A stretch of DNA of 64,000 nt. It comes from Mobula hypostoma. Taxonomy: Eukaryota. The stretch spans positions 18,974,001 to 19,038,000 of the forward strand of contig NC_086109.1 in NCBI RefSeq assembly GCF_963921235.1. Reading direction: 5' to 3'. A model generated the notes under the pieces. The model was given only the letters and a program-made list of their open reading frames with translations. It did no database searches and was not told the origin of the DNA. Positions within the stretch are counted from its first letter, which is position 1. Each line of letters opens with the position of its first letter. Of this stretch, positions 38,281 through 51,244 are shown in pieces. The position numbers and the translations under genes are program-made.

Positions 38281-38953
38281 AAATTGTGAAATACCTTTTC
38301 TACCTATTCCTGTTCAAACATGTATATTGTAATTGCATCTGTCTCCATTGCCACCTCTGACAGATGTTCACCACCCTCTGTGTAGAAAATTTGCCCTTAA
38401 TTTCTCATGCAAGTTTCTTTCCTCTCATCTTAAACCTTTGTCGTCTTATTCTGCACTCACTTGTCCTGAGAAAACAATGCTTATTGTATATATTGTATGC
38501 CTTCTTAATTTATAAACCTCACTAATTCAGCCGTCATCTTTCAATGTTCCATTAGGAATAGACCCAGTTCACCCAATCCCCGGTGAGTTTCTTCTTCACT
38601 CCCTCTATTGTTACCACATTCTTACTGCAGGGTAGTGACCAGAAATGACCACAACGCTTTAGCTAACCTAAGCATGATGCCCCAACTCTCACGCCCAATG
38701 CCTCAACCTATGAGGGCAGGCACAAGCGGATGGGGTCAAAGGTGATCCATGCAGTCTCTTGAGCTTGCTCATCATTCCATGGAATAAAGCTGTTGAGAGG
38801 CAGAACCCGCTCTGGCTTATCAAGTCTACGCCATCCATCATATACTTTTTTGGACTCATACAACATTTGTTCCATTTTCATCTTCCCCACTTTCCCATCA
38901 CCACCACCCATTCCCCCCCCCCCACACCCCAGCTTCAACCACTCATCTGGTTG

Positions 38954-41668
38954 AGGTGGGGTGGCGTTGCTGGTTAGAGAGGAGATTAACGCAATAGAAA
39001 GGAAGGACATAAGCCGGGAAGATGTGGAATCGATATGGGTAGAGCTGCGTAACACTAAGGGGCAGAAAACGCTGGTGGGAGTTGTGTACAGGCCACCTAA
39101 CAGTAGCAGTGAGGTCGGAGATGGTATTAAACAGGAAGTTAGAAATGTGTGCAATAAAGGAACAGCAGTTATAATAGGTGACTTCCATCTACATGTAGAT
39201 TGGGTGAACCAAATTGGTAAAGGTGCTGAGGAAGAGGATTTCTTGGAATGTATGCGGGATGGTTTTTTGAACCAACATGTCGAGGAACCAACTAGAGAGC
39301 AGGCTATTCTGGACTGGGTTTTGAGCAATGAGGAAGGGTTAATTAGCAATCTTGTCATGAGAGGCCCCTTGGGTAAGAGTGACCATAATATGGTGGAATT
39401 CTTCATTAAGATGGAGAGTGACATAGTTAATTCAGAAACAAAGGTTCTGAACTTAAAGAGGGGTAACTTTGAAGGTATGAGACGTGAATTAGCTAAGATA
39501 GACTGGCAAATGACACTTAAAGGATTGACGGTGGATATGCAATGGCAAGCATTTAAAGATTGCATGGATGAACTACAACAATTGTTCATCCCAGTTTGGC
39601 AAAAGAATAAATCAAGGAAGGCAGTGCACCGGTGGCTAACAAGAGAAATTAGGGATAGTATCAATTCCAAAGAAGAAGCATACAAATTAGCCAGAAAAAG
39701 TGCTCACCTGAGGACTGGGAGAAATTCAGAGTTCAGCAGAGGAGGACAAAGGGCTTAATTAGGAAGGGGAAAAAAGATTATGAGAGAAAACTGGCAGGGA
39801 ACATAAAAACTGACACTAAAAGCTTTTATAGATATGTAAAAAGGAAAAGACTGGTAAAGACAAATGTAGGTCCCCTGCAGACAGAAACAGGTGAATTGAT
39901 TATGGGGAGCAAGGACATGGCAGACCAAATGAATAATTACTTTGGTTCTGTCTTCACTAAGGAGGACATAAATAATCTTCCAGAAATAGTAGGGGATAGA
40001 GGGTCCAGTGAGATGGAGGAACTGAGCGAAATACATGTTAGTAGGGAAATGGTGATAGGTAAATTGAAGGGATTGAAGGCAGATAAATCCCAAGGGCCAG
40101 ATGGTCTGCATCCCAGCGTGCTTAAGGAAGAAGCCCAAGAAATAGTGGATGCATTAGTGATAATTTTTCAAAACTCGTTAGATTCTGGACTAGTTCCTGA
40201 GGATTGGAGGGTGGCTAATGTAACCCCACTTTTTAAAAAAGGAGGGAGAGAGAAACCGGGGAATTATAGACCAGTTAGCCTAACGTCGGTGGTGGGGAAA
40301 CTGCTGGAGTCAGTTATCAAAGATGTGATAACAGCACATTTGGAAAGCGGTGAAATCATCGGACAAAGTCAGCATGGATTTGTGAAAGGAAAATCATGTC
40401 TGACGAATCTCATAGAATTTTTTGAGGATGTAACTAGTAGAGTGGATAGGAGAGAGCCAGTGGATGTGGTATATTTGGATTTTCAAAAGGCTTTTGACAA
40501 GGTCCCACACAGGAGATTAGTGCGCAAACTTAAAGCACACGGTATTGGGGGTAAGGTATTGATGTGGATAGAGAATTGGTTGGCAGACAGGAAGCAAAGA
40601 GTGGGAATAAACGGGACCTTTTCAGAATGGCAGGCGGTGACTAGTGGGGTACCGCAAGGCTCAGTGCTGGGACCCTAGTTGTTTACAATATATATTAATG
40701 ACTTGGATGAGGGAATTAAATGCAGCATCTCCAAGTTTGCAGATGACACGAAGCTGGGTGGCAGTGTTAGCTGTGAGGAGGATGCTAAGAGGATGCAGAG
40801 TGACTTGGATAGGTTGGGTGAGTGGGCAAATTCATGGCAGATGCAATTTAATGTGGATAAATGTGAAGTTATCCACTTTGGTGGCAAAAATAGGAAAACA
40901 GATTATTAGCTGAATGGTGGCCGATTAGGAAAAGGGGAGGTGCAATGAGACCTGGGTGTCATTATACACCAGTCATTGAAAGTGGGCATGCAGGTACAGC
41001 AGGCCGTGAAAAAGGCGAATGGTATGCTGGCATTTATAGCGAGAGGATTCGAGTACAGGAGCAGGGAGGTACTACTGCAGTTGTACAAGGCCTTGGTGAG
41101 ACCACACCTGGAGTATTGTGTGCAGTTTTGGTCCCCTAATCTGAGGAAAGACATCCTTGCCATAGAGGGAGTACAAAGAAGGTTCACCAGATTGATTCCT
41201 GGGATGGCAGGACTTTCATATGAAGAAAGACTGGATGAACTGGGCTTGTACTCGTTGGAATTTAGAAGATTGAGGGGGGATCTGATTGAAACGTATAAAA
41301 TCCTAAAGGGATTGGACAAGCTAGATGCAGGAAGATTGTTCCCGATGTTGGGGAAGTCCAGAATGAGGGGTCACAGTCTGAGGATAAAGGGGAAGACTTT
41401 TAGGACCGAGATTAGGAAAAACTTCTTCACACAGAGAGTGGTGAATCTGTGGAATTCTCTGCCACAGGAAACAGTTGAGGCCAGTTCATTGGCTATATTT
41501 AAGAGGGAGTTAGATATGGCCCTTGTGGCTACGGGGATCAGGGGGTATGGAGGGAAGGCTGGGGCAGGGTTCTGAGTTGGATGATCAGCCATGATCATAA
41601 TAAATGGTGGTGCAGGCTCGAAGGGCCGAATGGCCTACTCCTGCGCCTATTTCCTATGTTTCCATGTT
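38954..41668 (+). mobile_element. CR1 LINE with most of ORF2 (APE endonuclease part plus RT), disrupted
   Basis: GGVALLV, VVYRPP, IIGDF, PTREQAILD, SDH, NYRPVSLTS, GVPQGSVLGP and KFADD. One frameshift (~39705) and stops at 40676, 40907 and 40946. The 3' UTR is complete. Confidence 0.96.
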
Positions 41669-42009
41669 ACACACGTGGGAACATCTAGAGTGGTCAATTA
41701 ACCAGCTACCAGGCTGCATGTTTTTGTAATATTGGATGAAACTCACGGAGTTAGAGAGAGAGCCTGCAAACTCCACACACACAGCAACCAACAATAGGAC
41801 TGAATATGAGCCACGTGAGCAGCTCCATTATCTATACCTAAACTTTAACAGCATCACCTATTTTGTGTTTTTTCACCATACATGAGTCAAGAATGCTGTT
41901 CTGTGTTTCCGATAACTCCAACCCATTATAATACAGAATCTAATAACTCCACAAAGTTCTTTTATGCTTGGAATGCATCGAAGATGACTTAATAAGAACT
42001 TTGTTGTTC

Positions 42010-42450
42010 CATCACCTAGCATAGCAGTTAGTACCACACTTTACAGTGCCAGTGATCACTGGTCAGTGTTCAATTCCTGCTGCTCGCTGTAAGAAATTTG
42101 CACATTCTCGCTGTAGCTGTGTGGGTTTCCCCTGGGTGCTCTCGTTTCCTCCCACATTCCAAAGAGGTACAGGTTAAGGAAAGTACATCGAGCACAAGTT
42201 ATGTTGGTGTCAGAAGTGTGGCAACGCTTGCGGCTGCTTCCACCTCCCCAGCACGATCATCGGACTGTGTTGCTCATTGACACAGAATGATGCATTTCCC
42301 TGCAGAGTGTTTCGACGTGCATGTAACAAATGAAAGCTAATCTTTAAATCTCTATATTTAAGGTGCTTTGTACTGAATAAAGCACTCCCTGAGGGGTAGT
42401 CGTTGTTGAGCAGGAGAATGTACTGAACAACACGTGCACACCATCAACCT
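42010..42450 (+). mobile_element. V-SINE/HE1-like SINE with a ~100-bp 3' extension
   Basis: tagcatagcagttag, gtgttcaattcct, V core gtgggtttcccctgggtgctc...cattccaaaga, tail and extension. Confidence 0.8.
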
Positions 42451-42564
42451 GAACGAGTTGTTTTATTGTTGTGCTGGCCTTGGATCATATTTGAAAGTTG
42501 GCTGGAAACTGCTTTTCATCTGAAAAAAAGATTAAAGTAATTATTCAACGATTTGTCTGAAATA

Positions 42565-44206
42565 CTGTGTCTTTTTAAAGTATTCACCCACCCCCCTTGG
42601 AAATTTTCATCTTGTATTGTTTTACAACATTGAATCTCAGTGGATTTAATTTGGCATTTTTTTGGCACTGATCAACAGAAAATGACTCTTTCATTTTAAA
42701 AGTGAAAACAGATCTCTACATAGTGATCTAAATTAATTACAAATATAAAAGACAAAATAATTCATTGCATTAGTATTCACCCCCCCCCTTTAATATGATA
42801 CACCAAATCATCACAGGTGCAGACGATTGGTTTTAGAAGTCACATAATTATAATTAGTTAAATGGAGATCTGTTTTTGGAGACTGTGTGCAGTCAAGGTG
42901 TTTCAATTGATTGGAGTAAAAATATACCTGTATCTGGAAGGTCGAACTGCTGGTGAGTCAGTATCTTGGCAAAAACTACATCATGAAGACAAAAGAACTC
43001 TCCAAGCAATTCCATGAAAAGGTTATTGAAAAGCACAAGTCAGGAGCTGGATACAAGAAAATTTCCAAGTCACTGAATATCCCTTGGAGTGTACTTAAGT
43101 CAATCATCAAGAAATGGAAAGAATATGGTACAGCTGTAAATCTGCCTAGAGCAGGACATGCTCAAAAACGGAGTGACCTTGCAGAAAGGGATCTAGTCAG
43201 GGAGGCTACCCTGAGATGTATGACAATCCTGGAGGAGCTACAAGCTTCAGTGACTGAGATGGCAGAGACTGTGCATATAACAACCGTTGCCTGGGTGCTT
43301 CACCAGTCAAAGCTTTAAGGGAGAACAGCAAAGAGCAAGCCACTATTGAAAAAAAACTCCCAAGAAATCTCAGCTAGAGTTTGCCAGAAGGCAGGTGAGA
43401 GACTTTGAAGCCAGCTGGAAGAAGGTTCTATGGTATGATGAAACCAAAATTGAGCTTTTTGGCCATCAGACTAAACGCTATGTTTGGTGTAAGCCAAACA
43501 CCACATATCATCAGAAACACACCATCTCTACCCTGAAGCAAGGTGGCAGCTGCATCATGCTGTGGGGATGTTTCACTGCAGCAGGCCCTGGAAGGCTTGT
43601 GAAGGTAGAGGGTAAAATTAATGCAGCAAAATATAGGGAAATCCTGGACGAAAACCTAATGTAGTCTTCAAGACAACTGAGATTTGGGAGAAGGAGAAGA
43701 GAATGCCCCCAGGCATAAAGTCAAAGCTACACAGGAATGGTTTAAAAATAACAAAGTTAATGTCCTGGAGTGGCCAAGTCAGTCTAGAGCTCAATCCAAT
43801 TGAAGATTTGTAGCTGGACTTGAAAAGGGCTGTTCACTTATGATCCCCATGCAATCTGACAGAGCTTGAGTAGTTTTGTAAAGAAGAATGGGGAAAAATT
43901 GCAGCGTCTAGATGTGCAAAGCGGATGGAGACCTTTCCACACAGATTCAAAGCTCCAATTGCCACCAAAGGTGCATCTATTAAATACTGACTTGAAGTGG
44001 ATGAATACTTACGCAACCTATTATATTGTATTTTATATTTTTAATTAATTTACAACACTTGGTACAGATCTGTTTTCACTGACACAAAAGAGTTTTCTGT
44101 TGATCAATGTCAAAAAAAAAACAAATTAAATCCACTGTGATTCAATGTTGTAGAAGAATAAAACATGAAAACTTCCCAGGCGGGTGATTTCTTTTTATAT
44201 GCACTG
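42565..44206 (+). mobile_element. Full-length decayed Tc1 transposon of IR/DR type, 1642 bp
   Basis: TA flanks (42563-42564 and 44207-44208). TIRs of ~200 bp (cattgaatc.cagtggatttaatttg...tgatcaacagaaaa, mirrored at the right end). Repeated gtattcaccc motifs at ~42580 and ~42773. Confidence 0.92.
42983..43990 (+). pseudogene. Tc1 DDE transposase pseudogene
   Basis: MKTKELS..GYKKISKSL (paired-like HTH), VLWYDETKIELFG, GGSCIMLWGCF and WPSQS.ELNPIE, with several stops and frameshifts. Confidence 0.92.
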
Positions 44207-45517
44207 TATAGAACAATATTAATATCCAGTGCAGTTACCTTGTGATTGCAAAGTCAAGGCCAATTCATGTGGATTGATCTAATTGTGTTTATTCCTAATT
44301 CAGTTTACAATATTTGTTCATGTTTTTAAAAGGAAGCATATCACCAAATTCAACCATATTAATAAAGTTTCTCATACTGCAACAGGACTTATATGTTTCA
44401 GTTGTGTAAAATATATAATCCTTAGTCAACACTCATTTTCACTGTGTGCAAGATTGGATTATATCTGTTTGCCAGCAGAAAAACAAAACGGTTTTAGATG
44501 TTTGTCTCAAGCAGGTAAGTCATCGATGACTTAGCATAAAATTATTTTGCTGTAAATACTTGAATAGTTGATAGGGGATCAATTCAATAGTTCTAATCAG
44601 CTTATGCCGCAGTATCAATAGATAACCTCTGTTGGAGGTCACAAGAATGTGTTATGTGCAAAATAGAAGGATAATGTTTAGGAATAATAGGTGGATTAAA
44701 GAGAAATTTATTCTGTACTTTAGAACCCACGAGTCTTTGAGAAGCTTTGTGTGCTCATGAGTTTCACATTTTTGTATTTCCTTCTCACAGGAATTCAGCC
44801 CATCAAATCAATGCTGGTGCTCAGAGCATCACTTCAGTTCTAGTCCCCTGCTTCCTTTCCTGCAACTTCTTTTCTCTCAGATGCTGCTCAAATCCTCCCT
44901 GGCCCTCAATACCAAACAATTACTGTATGCAAGAAGCAATTTATAGTCACAATTAGACCTGCCAACTGGGGCATCTTTGAGATGTGGGAGAGACCCAGGT
45001 GGTCAGAGGGTGAAGGTGCAATCATTACATAGACAGCACCGGAGTTTAGGGATGAATCTGGACCTTTGGAGCTGTGGGAGGCAGCAGTTCTTCACACCCA
45101 ATACATTTCAGAACATGATTTTTTCCTTGCATGACCTATCCATTTTTGGAATGGAATAATTTGTTTAACATGATATCGGTAGAATTAACCTATTATTTAC
45201 ACTCTTTAAGTCTGACAATCCAATCCACCCGCATTATGGATAAGAAGGTGTTTTTTCTCTCTGAGCCCTGTTTCAGTGCTGATAAACCAAATATTCAAGC
45301 CAAGGCTGTATTACCACTTCCCACTGATAAGGTTCCAACTTGGAACATCATCTATTGCACCAGCGTGGAGCCTGTATGGAATTAGATATATCAAAACATT
45401 GGAGTCAGCAAAGCACTGACGTGGCTTATTTCCAGCACATCACTAAAAGCACTTGGCATTGCCACACAACTCCCTCAGCCGACACCTTGGCTTTCTCTCG
45501 AGAAACAATTATAACGC

Positions 45518-45760
45518 AGGTGGCACAGTAGCGTAGCAGTTAGTGTAGCGCTGTTACAGTACCAAGGGGCAAGATCCGATTCTGCCGTTGACTGTAAGGA
45601 GTTTGTTCGTTCTCCCCGAGGCTACGAGTTCCACCGCATGGCCCGGCTTCCGCCCACATTCCAAAGGTGTGCAGGCTGGTTGGTTATTTGGTCAATGGGC
45701 AGCAGAGGCTCATTGGGCTGGAAGGGCCTGTTAATGTGCATGTCTCGAAATAAAAAAAAT
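45518..45760 (+). mobile_element. HE1-like tRNA/V-SINE with CR1-type tail
   Basis: ggtggcacagtagcgtagcagttag head, V core and tail gggctggaagggcctgtt...aaataaaaaaaa. Confidence 0.8.
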
Positions 45761-47779
45761 ATTTAGCATGAGAAATAGAGTAGGGTCACTGTAATAAGAA
45801 AGAAGATATTACTTAAGGGTATGGCTGTTCAATTGCAATAGAAAATACAAGATTCATTACATTTTTAAGTGATGACCAGGTTGAGGAAAACTTGGTACCT
45901 CCCCTGATATTTCCATTTTGATGTTTCCTTTGTGTTTTATTTATTACTGGTGCCTATGTGCTTGCCAGGTTGCTGTTTTGTACTATGATCCTGCCGTGCC
46001 AGGACCCGGGCTGGGTCTGTTCTAGTAGCATGACTTCACCAGCCCTGTTGTTCTGACACCTATTGAAATTCAGCTGAGCTGCCACTGATCTGCTCTTCAC
46101 TTTCCTGTCTCTGGCTGAGGCTGTGTTTTGCTGTTTTGTGCACATAATCAGAGATGGCCCGTAATTTTATTTCAATGTCGATCCTTTAAGTAGGAAGAGA
46201 TTTTGTCATAAAACTGCAGCCAAATCAATCTCCAGCACTAACAAATTAATCCAGTTTATTCTCATTTGGGTCCACGTCTTCTTATATTTTCTTTCCATTG
46301 GAAGTACTTACATTCTGGTAATAAACCCCTTTATTTCCCTTGATTTTGCTCTGTTGCAGAGGAACAGCAGGTAGGATCTGCCATCACGCCAACCACTATT
46401 CAGTCTGAAAGTTCCTCAGTCTCACCCCATGTGATAACATTTCAAGGTTCAAGGACGTGCTCAAAAATTCCCACTGATTCCTGGGGACATCTAGTCCATA
46501 AGAATCTCAAGGCCACTCACCACAATCACATGGTAGCCCTGTATAAATGGCAGAAAGGGCGTACCACCCCACAAGTGACCCATTTGCTCTCTGAGGCCCC
46601 TCCGGCTTCATCCACAGAAGAAACTGTAATTTTCATTATTGTCGGATTAGCTGTCACAAATCCTTGAGTCATTATTGATCCTAAGTAACTGCCAAAGACA
46701 AAAAAAAGAAAATATTTGCAAATTTTGAATTTCTTCTAATTCTCTGAGCTTTACAGTTTTAAATAGTGATCCGCAGGGGCCCACTACAGAGCCTTGTGGA
46801 ACATCCAACCTTTCGATCACTGTGAATCACTATTGTAACTTCTCCTCAATAGCCAAATTCTTAGCAATTCTCCCACTTATTCCCTGACTCCATGACTTAT
46901 GACCTTTATGAGATGTTGCTATTTATTATTGAAAGGTTTCTGAAAATTCATCCTTAATGATTAATTTGCTCAAAGATGACCTGCCCTTTAGAAATCTGAG
47001 TTGTCTATTCCCCATTTTTGTTTCCATTTGTTTTAAAGTTGCTTCGTTTGGTGTGTCTCCATTATTAGTACAAGGATTGACAAGTAACTAATCTGCAACT
47101 CACTGAAATTGTTCTAAATCTTTGCTTCAAATATAGTCACAACCATAGCACTTTTCTCTTTTTCCTGGCATTTACTTATCATACTTTTTCTTTAAACTTT
47201 CTGACTGTGTCCTTTTCCTTTCCTCTTTTAATTCTTCTCATTTTTTGTTTTCCTTTAACCTTCTCCAGCATTCTTCTTCCCCCCTCCCGATACGATAGGA
47301 ATCGTTTTAGTCCTTCAAAAGTCTCACCAACAACATTGTAGAAACTGAAAAGTTATGGTTGCAGTCTAATTCATAAAATCAGAGAGACATTACACTGTAG
47401 TAGAAGGCCATTTGGCCCATCAGCTCCTTGCAGAGATAATAAATTGTCCTGCCCTTTCATCAGAAGTTTGCAAAATACTTTTCCCTGAGACTACCCAACT
47501 TCCCTATCATGTACTGTTACCATCACTGTTACAGACTGAGAATTTCATATTATTATCACTTTCTGTGCTTTATAGTTTTTCCTCATCTTGTCTTCCGTAC
47601 CAATTTCCCTTTATTTTAATTCCTAAAGAGCTTCAGAGAGACAGCAAACATTCTACTTTTTTAAACTGTGTCATGAGACCCAAACATTGTGCCAGTGTGT
47701 CCCCTGACTAGTTTCACATTAATATAATCTGTTTCTAAAATCAATTGATTTTTTAGGGTCAGGGTAGGGTTGGAGAGGT

Positions 47780-48345
47780 CAGCGTTTGTGATATCAATGT
47801 GTTGGTGAAGTGGGCTGAGAAATGGCAGATGGAGTTTAATCCTGATAATGTGAGCTAATGTATTTTGGGAGTACTATTGAGGCTAAGACATATTCTATGA
47901 ATGGTAAGATTATTGGGAGACTAAGGATCAGAAGGATCTTGGTCCACAAGGTCAAAGATTCTCAAAGATAGCAGTGGAGATTGATAATGTGGTTAAGAAG
48001 CTCCTCTGGGATGTTTTATTATTGTCATGTGTATGAGATACAGTGAAAAACTTTTCATGTCTTCCAGGTCAGACCTCAGCCAGAGCACTGTGTGCATTTC
48101 TGGTCAGCATACTAAAGGAAGGATATGAAAACAGTAAGGGTGCAAAGTAGATTCACAGAGATGCTGCCTGGTCTGGAGAGTCAGGGTCTATTTTCTCTGG
48201 AGCAGAGAAGGTTAAGAGAGGATATGATTGAGGTATATAAATTAAAGAGGGTTATAGTTAGGGAAGACTGCAGGAATTTTCTCCCTTTACCAGAATGCAA
48301 CTGAAGGATTGGTTTAGAGTAAAGAGTAAAATTTGAGAGGGACTT
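47780..48345 (+). mobile_element. Old decayed CR1 RT C-terminal fragment
   Basis: tgggctgagaaatggcagatggagtttaat (WAEKWQMEFN) and agattcacagagatgctgcctgg. Confidence 0.75.
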
Positions 48346-49214
48346 TACATCTGCTACAAGAAAGCAGTATCCATCTTCAGGGACTCCCCCACCCCGCAAC
48401 CCCACCATCAAGGCCATGCTCTCTTCTTGCTGCTGCAATCAGGAAGGAGGTACAGGGGGCTTAATTCCACACGATCAAGTTCAAAAACAGTTATTACCCT
48501 TCACTCACCTCGACTCTGAACTGATTCTACAACCTACGGACTCACTTACAAGGACTCTACAACTCATGTTCTCAGTATCATCTATCTATCCATTGATTTA
48601 TTTACTTACTGGTTTGTTTGTTTGTTTATTCATTTATGTACATATGGATGTAAGGGTATATGCATGCATTTATTTATTTGTTATTTGTGTTTGCACAGTG
48701 GAATGCACTGCTGGAGAAAGTTGTGACATTTAGGAGGTGTTGAGATAAGTCCCAGAATCACTGGGTACTGAAGGATGAAGTCCAAGTGCTGGAAGGTGGG
48801 ATTAATATGGATGGGTGCTCACTGGTCAGTACGGATATGGTTAGTCTAAGGTCCCGTTTCCATGTTGTACGACTCTCTGACATGATGATGTTATTCCCAC
48901 TGATGCTGTCACGAATAAATGCAGCTGTCAGAGGTAAATTGGTCGACGACAAGATGAAGCAGGTTTATTTCTCTGTTGTTGCTAATAACCTGCATATTTT
49001 AAATTCCATCTTAATGATAACAACATTTAAATTCCACGACTGTCACGATGAAATTTGAACTCTGTGTTATTATTCCAGGCCTCTGAATTATTAGGCTGGT
49101 AATTTAACATCTTTTCCATTGCAATACCATGTTGTTTGATTAAACTGAAAGAAAGGTTTCAAAATGAAAAAGAAAATTGTATTCAATAAAATATAATCTA
49201 AGCCATAAAACAAA

Positions 49215-49695
49215 CTCAGATGAGGCCGTACTTGGCTTGGAGAGTAACACCTCATATTCTGCTTTGGTAGCCTTCAACCTGAACATTGATTTCTCTAACT
49301 TCCAGTAATCGCTCTCTCCTCCCTCATTCTCTGCTTTTTTTTCCCATTACCCTCTCACCCCTTCTCTTCTCCTCAACTCCCATCACTTCCCACTGGCCGC
49401 TGCCCTCCTTCCCTTTATTGCATGGTGTACTTCTCCCTCCTATCAGGCTCCTTCTTCTTCAGCCCTTTACTTCTACCTGTCATCTCCCAGCTTCTTACTT
49501 CACTCCCCTTCCCCCACCCACCCAACTTCCCCTTCACCTGTCACCTGCCAGCTTATACTCTTTCCCCTCCCTCACATTCTTATTCTGGTTTCTGCCCCCA
49601 TCCTTTCCAGTGCTATGAAGTGCCTCAGCCCGAAATATTGTCTACTCATTCCCCTCCATAGATGCTGCCTGAGTTCCTCCTGTATTTTGTGTGTA
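49215..49695 (+). mobile_element. PLE 3' end and pseudo-LTR, decayed
   Basis: cacctcatattctg..ggtagccttcaacct, a pyrimidine tract and cccgaaatattg...gatgctgcctgagttcctcc. Confidence 0.75.
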
Positions 49696-51123
49696 TTACT
49701 CAGAATGTTGTCCGAGTCTTCTGGTGTGCTCTAATCCATTTGGTCCCGAAGTGATGGGAGAAAGGGTGATTCCTTCTCCAGGGCTTGGTGAAGACACAAG
49801 GCAGTACCAGAGGGACAGAGGGACAGGCAGCAGGAGTGGATCTATCTTGGGCAAGTAAACAAAATTATAAGGAGATTTTTGGCTTGCCACCACAGCCTAT
49901 TCCACCAGGTGATTAACATTGAGAGGAAGGAATGAACTTTTGGTTAGATAAATCCTGGAATATCTCAGTATTATCCCTTGACATCTGTTTCTGCTGATTC
50001 CAATCGAAAAGTACAAAGGTTCATTTATTATCAAAGTATGGATCTGCAGTATACATCTCTGAGATTCTTCTTCTCCAGATAGCCACAGAACAAAGAAAAA
50101 CCATGGAAATTATTTCAGAGAAAAACAGCAAACTCACCAACACAATCATCAACCCCACCCCCCAAAATGCCTTCCCCTGCACAAAACGCAACAAGTAATG
50201 TACCCTTTTGTGACCACCAACTGAGGATTAATTTCTATCCACCTGCCCACCTACCTCCCCCTCACCTGGCTTCACCTATCATCTGCCTGCTTGTACTCTT
50301 CCCCTTCAGGGTCCTGGCCTGAAAGGTTGACTTTGTTTTTCCTTTCCATAGATGCTGCCTGACCTGCTGAGTTCCTCCAGCATTTTGCCTGTGTTAATTT
50401 CTATCCGCACTGAACTTGGCTGAGATCTAGCCAAGAACTGAGCAGCAACTCATAACGGGGTGGTGAACAGCACTGGCTTACGGAAAGTTTGCCTGCTACT
50501 GGCTATCAGAGGGCTGAGCTCAGTTAAATTAGGTCAACTTGTGTTCAGGGCTCCTGTGCTGATCAAAAGTGATGTTGGTAGGATGGGGTCAAATAGGAGA
50601 AAAATTAAATATGTAAAAAATTAATTGCTGCATGTACACTCCTGTTAAAATATTGGCTGCATGCAAGTTCAAGAGCAAGAAACTCGGAGCAGATGAGTTT
50701 AAAGGAGAAGTCTATTCAGCTTATTATGTAGTGGTTTATTCAGTTTATTATGTCGTGTTCTGCAAACAGAACATAATTTCAGAGTTTTCATATCCTTCTC
50801 AATTGTAGTTTTTTTCACTGCCTGCCAAGGAGAAAATAAAATCAAGCATTTTCCTTCTCCTATAAAAAAGAAATAATTCTTAGTCATCTGATTATTGTTT
50901 CCCTTCTGTGGTTTGCAATGCTGCTAGTAGGCTTCCTATTGGTGATTAATGTTTAGAAGTTTTGATTTTGAATCCTCACTCAGAATAATGAGCGCGATTC
51001 CAGATCTTTAATCTGCATCTCTTGAGGTTCTGCAGGAGTCAATGGGATAGCAGGTGGATAAAACATGAGCAAGATATCTAAAGAGCTGCAGAGAGAACTT
51101 GTTATATAACCACATCAACTCAC

Positions 51124-51244
51124 ATGGAAGTATTTCAGGTAGCAGTCTGCAGTCCGCTTGCTCTCCTTCAGGCTTCCGAGGAAGTGATCTTTCCTGATCT
51201 TTGAAGACACCATGGAGTGAAGCAAGTCATTAAAACTCAGTGCT
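51124..51244 (-). CDS. Candidate internal coding exon (121 nt) of an unrecognised gene: ALSFNDLLHSMVSSKIRKDHFLGSLKESKRTADCYLKYFH
   Basis: Minus-strand acceptor cttctttccttttgtaattttaactag| and donor |gtgagt. Only one of three frames is open, and it stops two codons into the intron. It lies in a repeat-free block. Confidence 0.5.

Noticed and set aside
46310..46404. Possible exons: a plus-strand 11-nt microexon (46360-46370) or a minus-strand exon with a gtaagt donor
   Set aside because: The signals conflict, the minus candidate is out of phase with the 51124 exon, and the peptide is unrecognisable.
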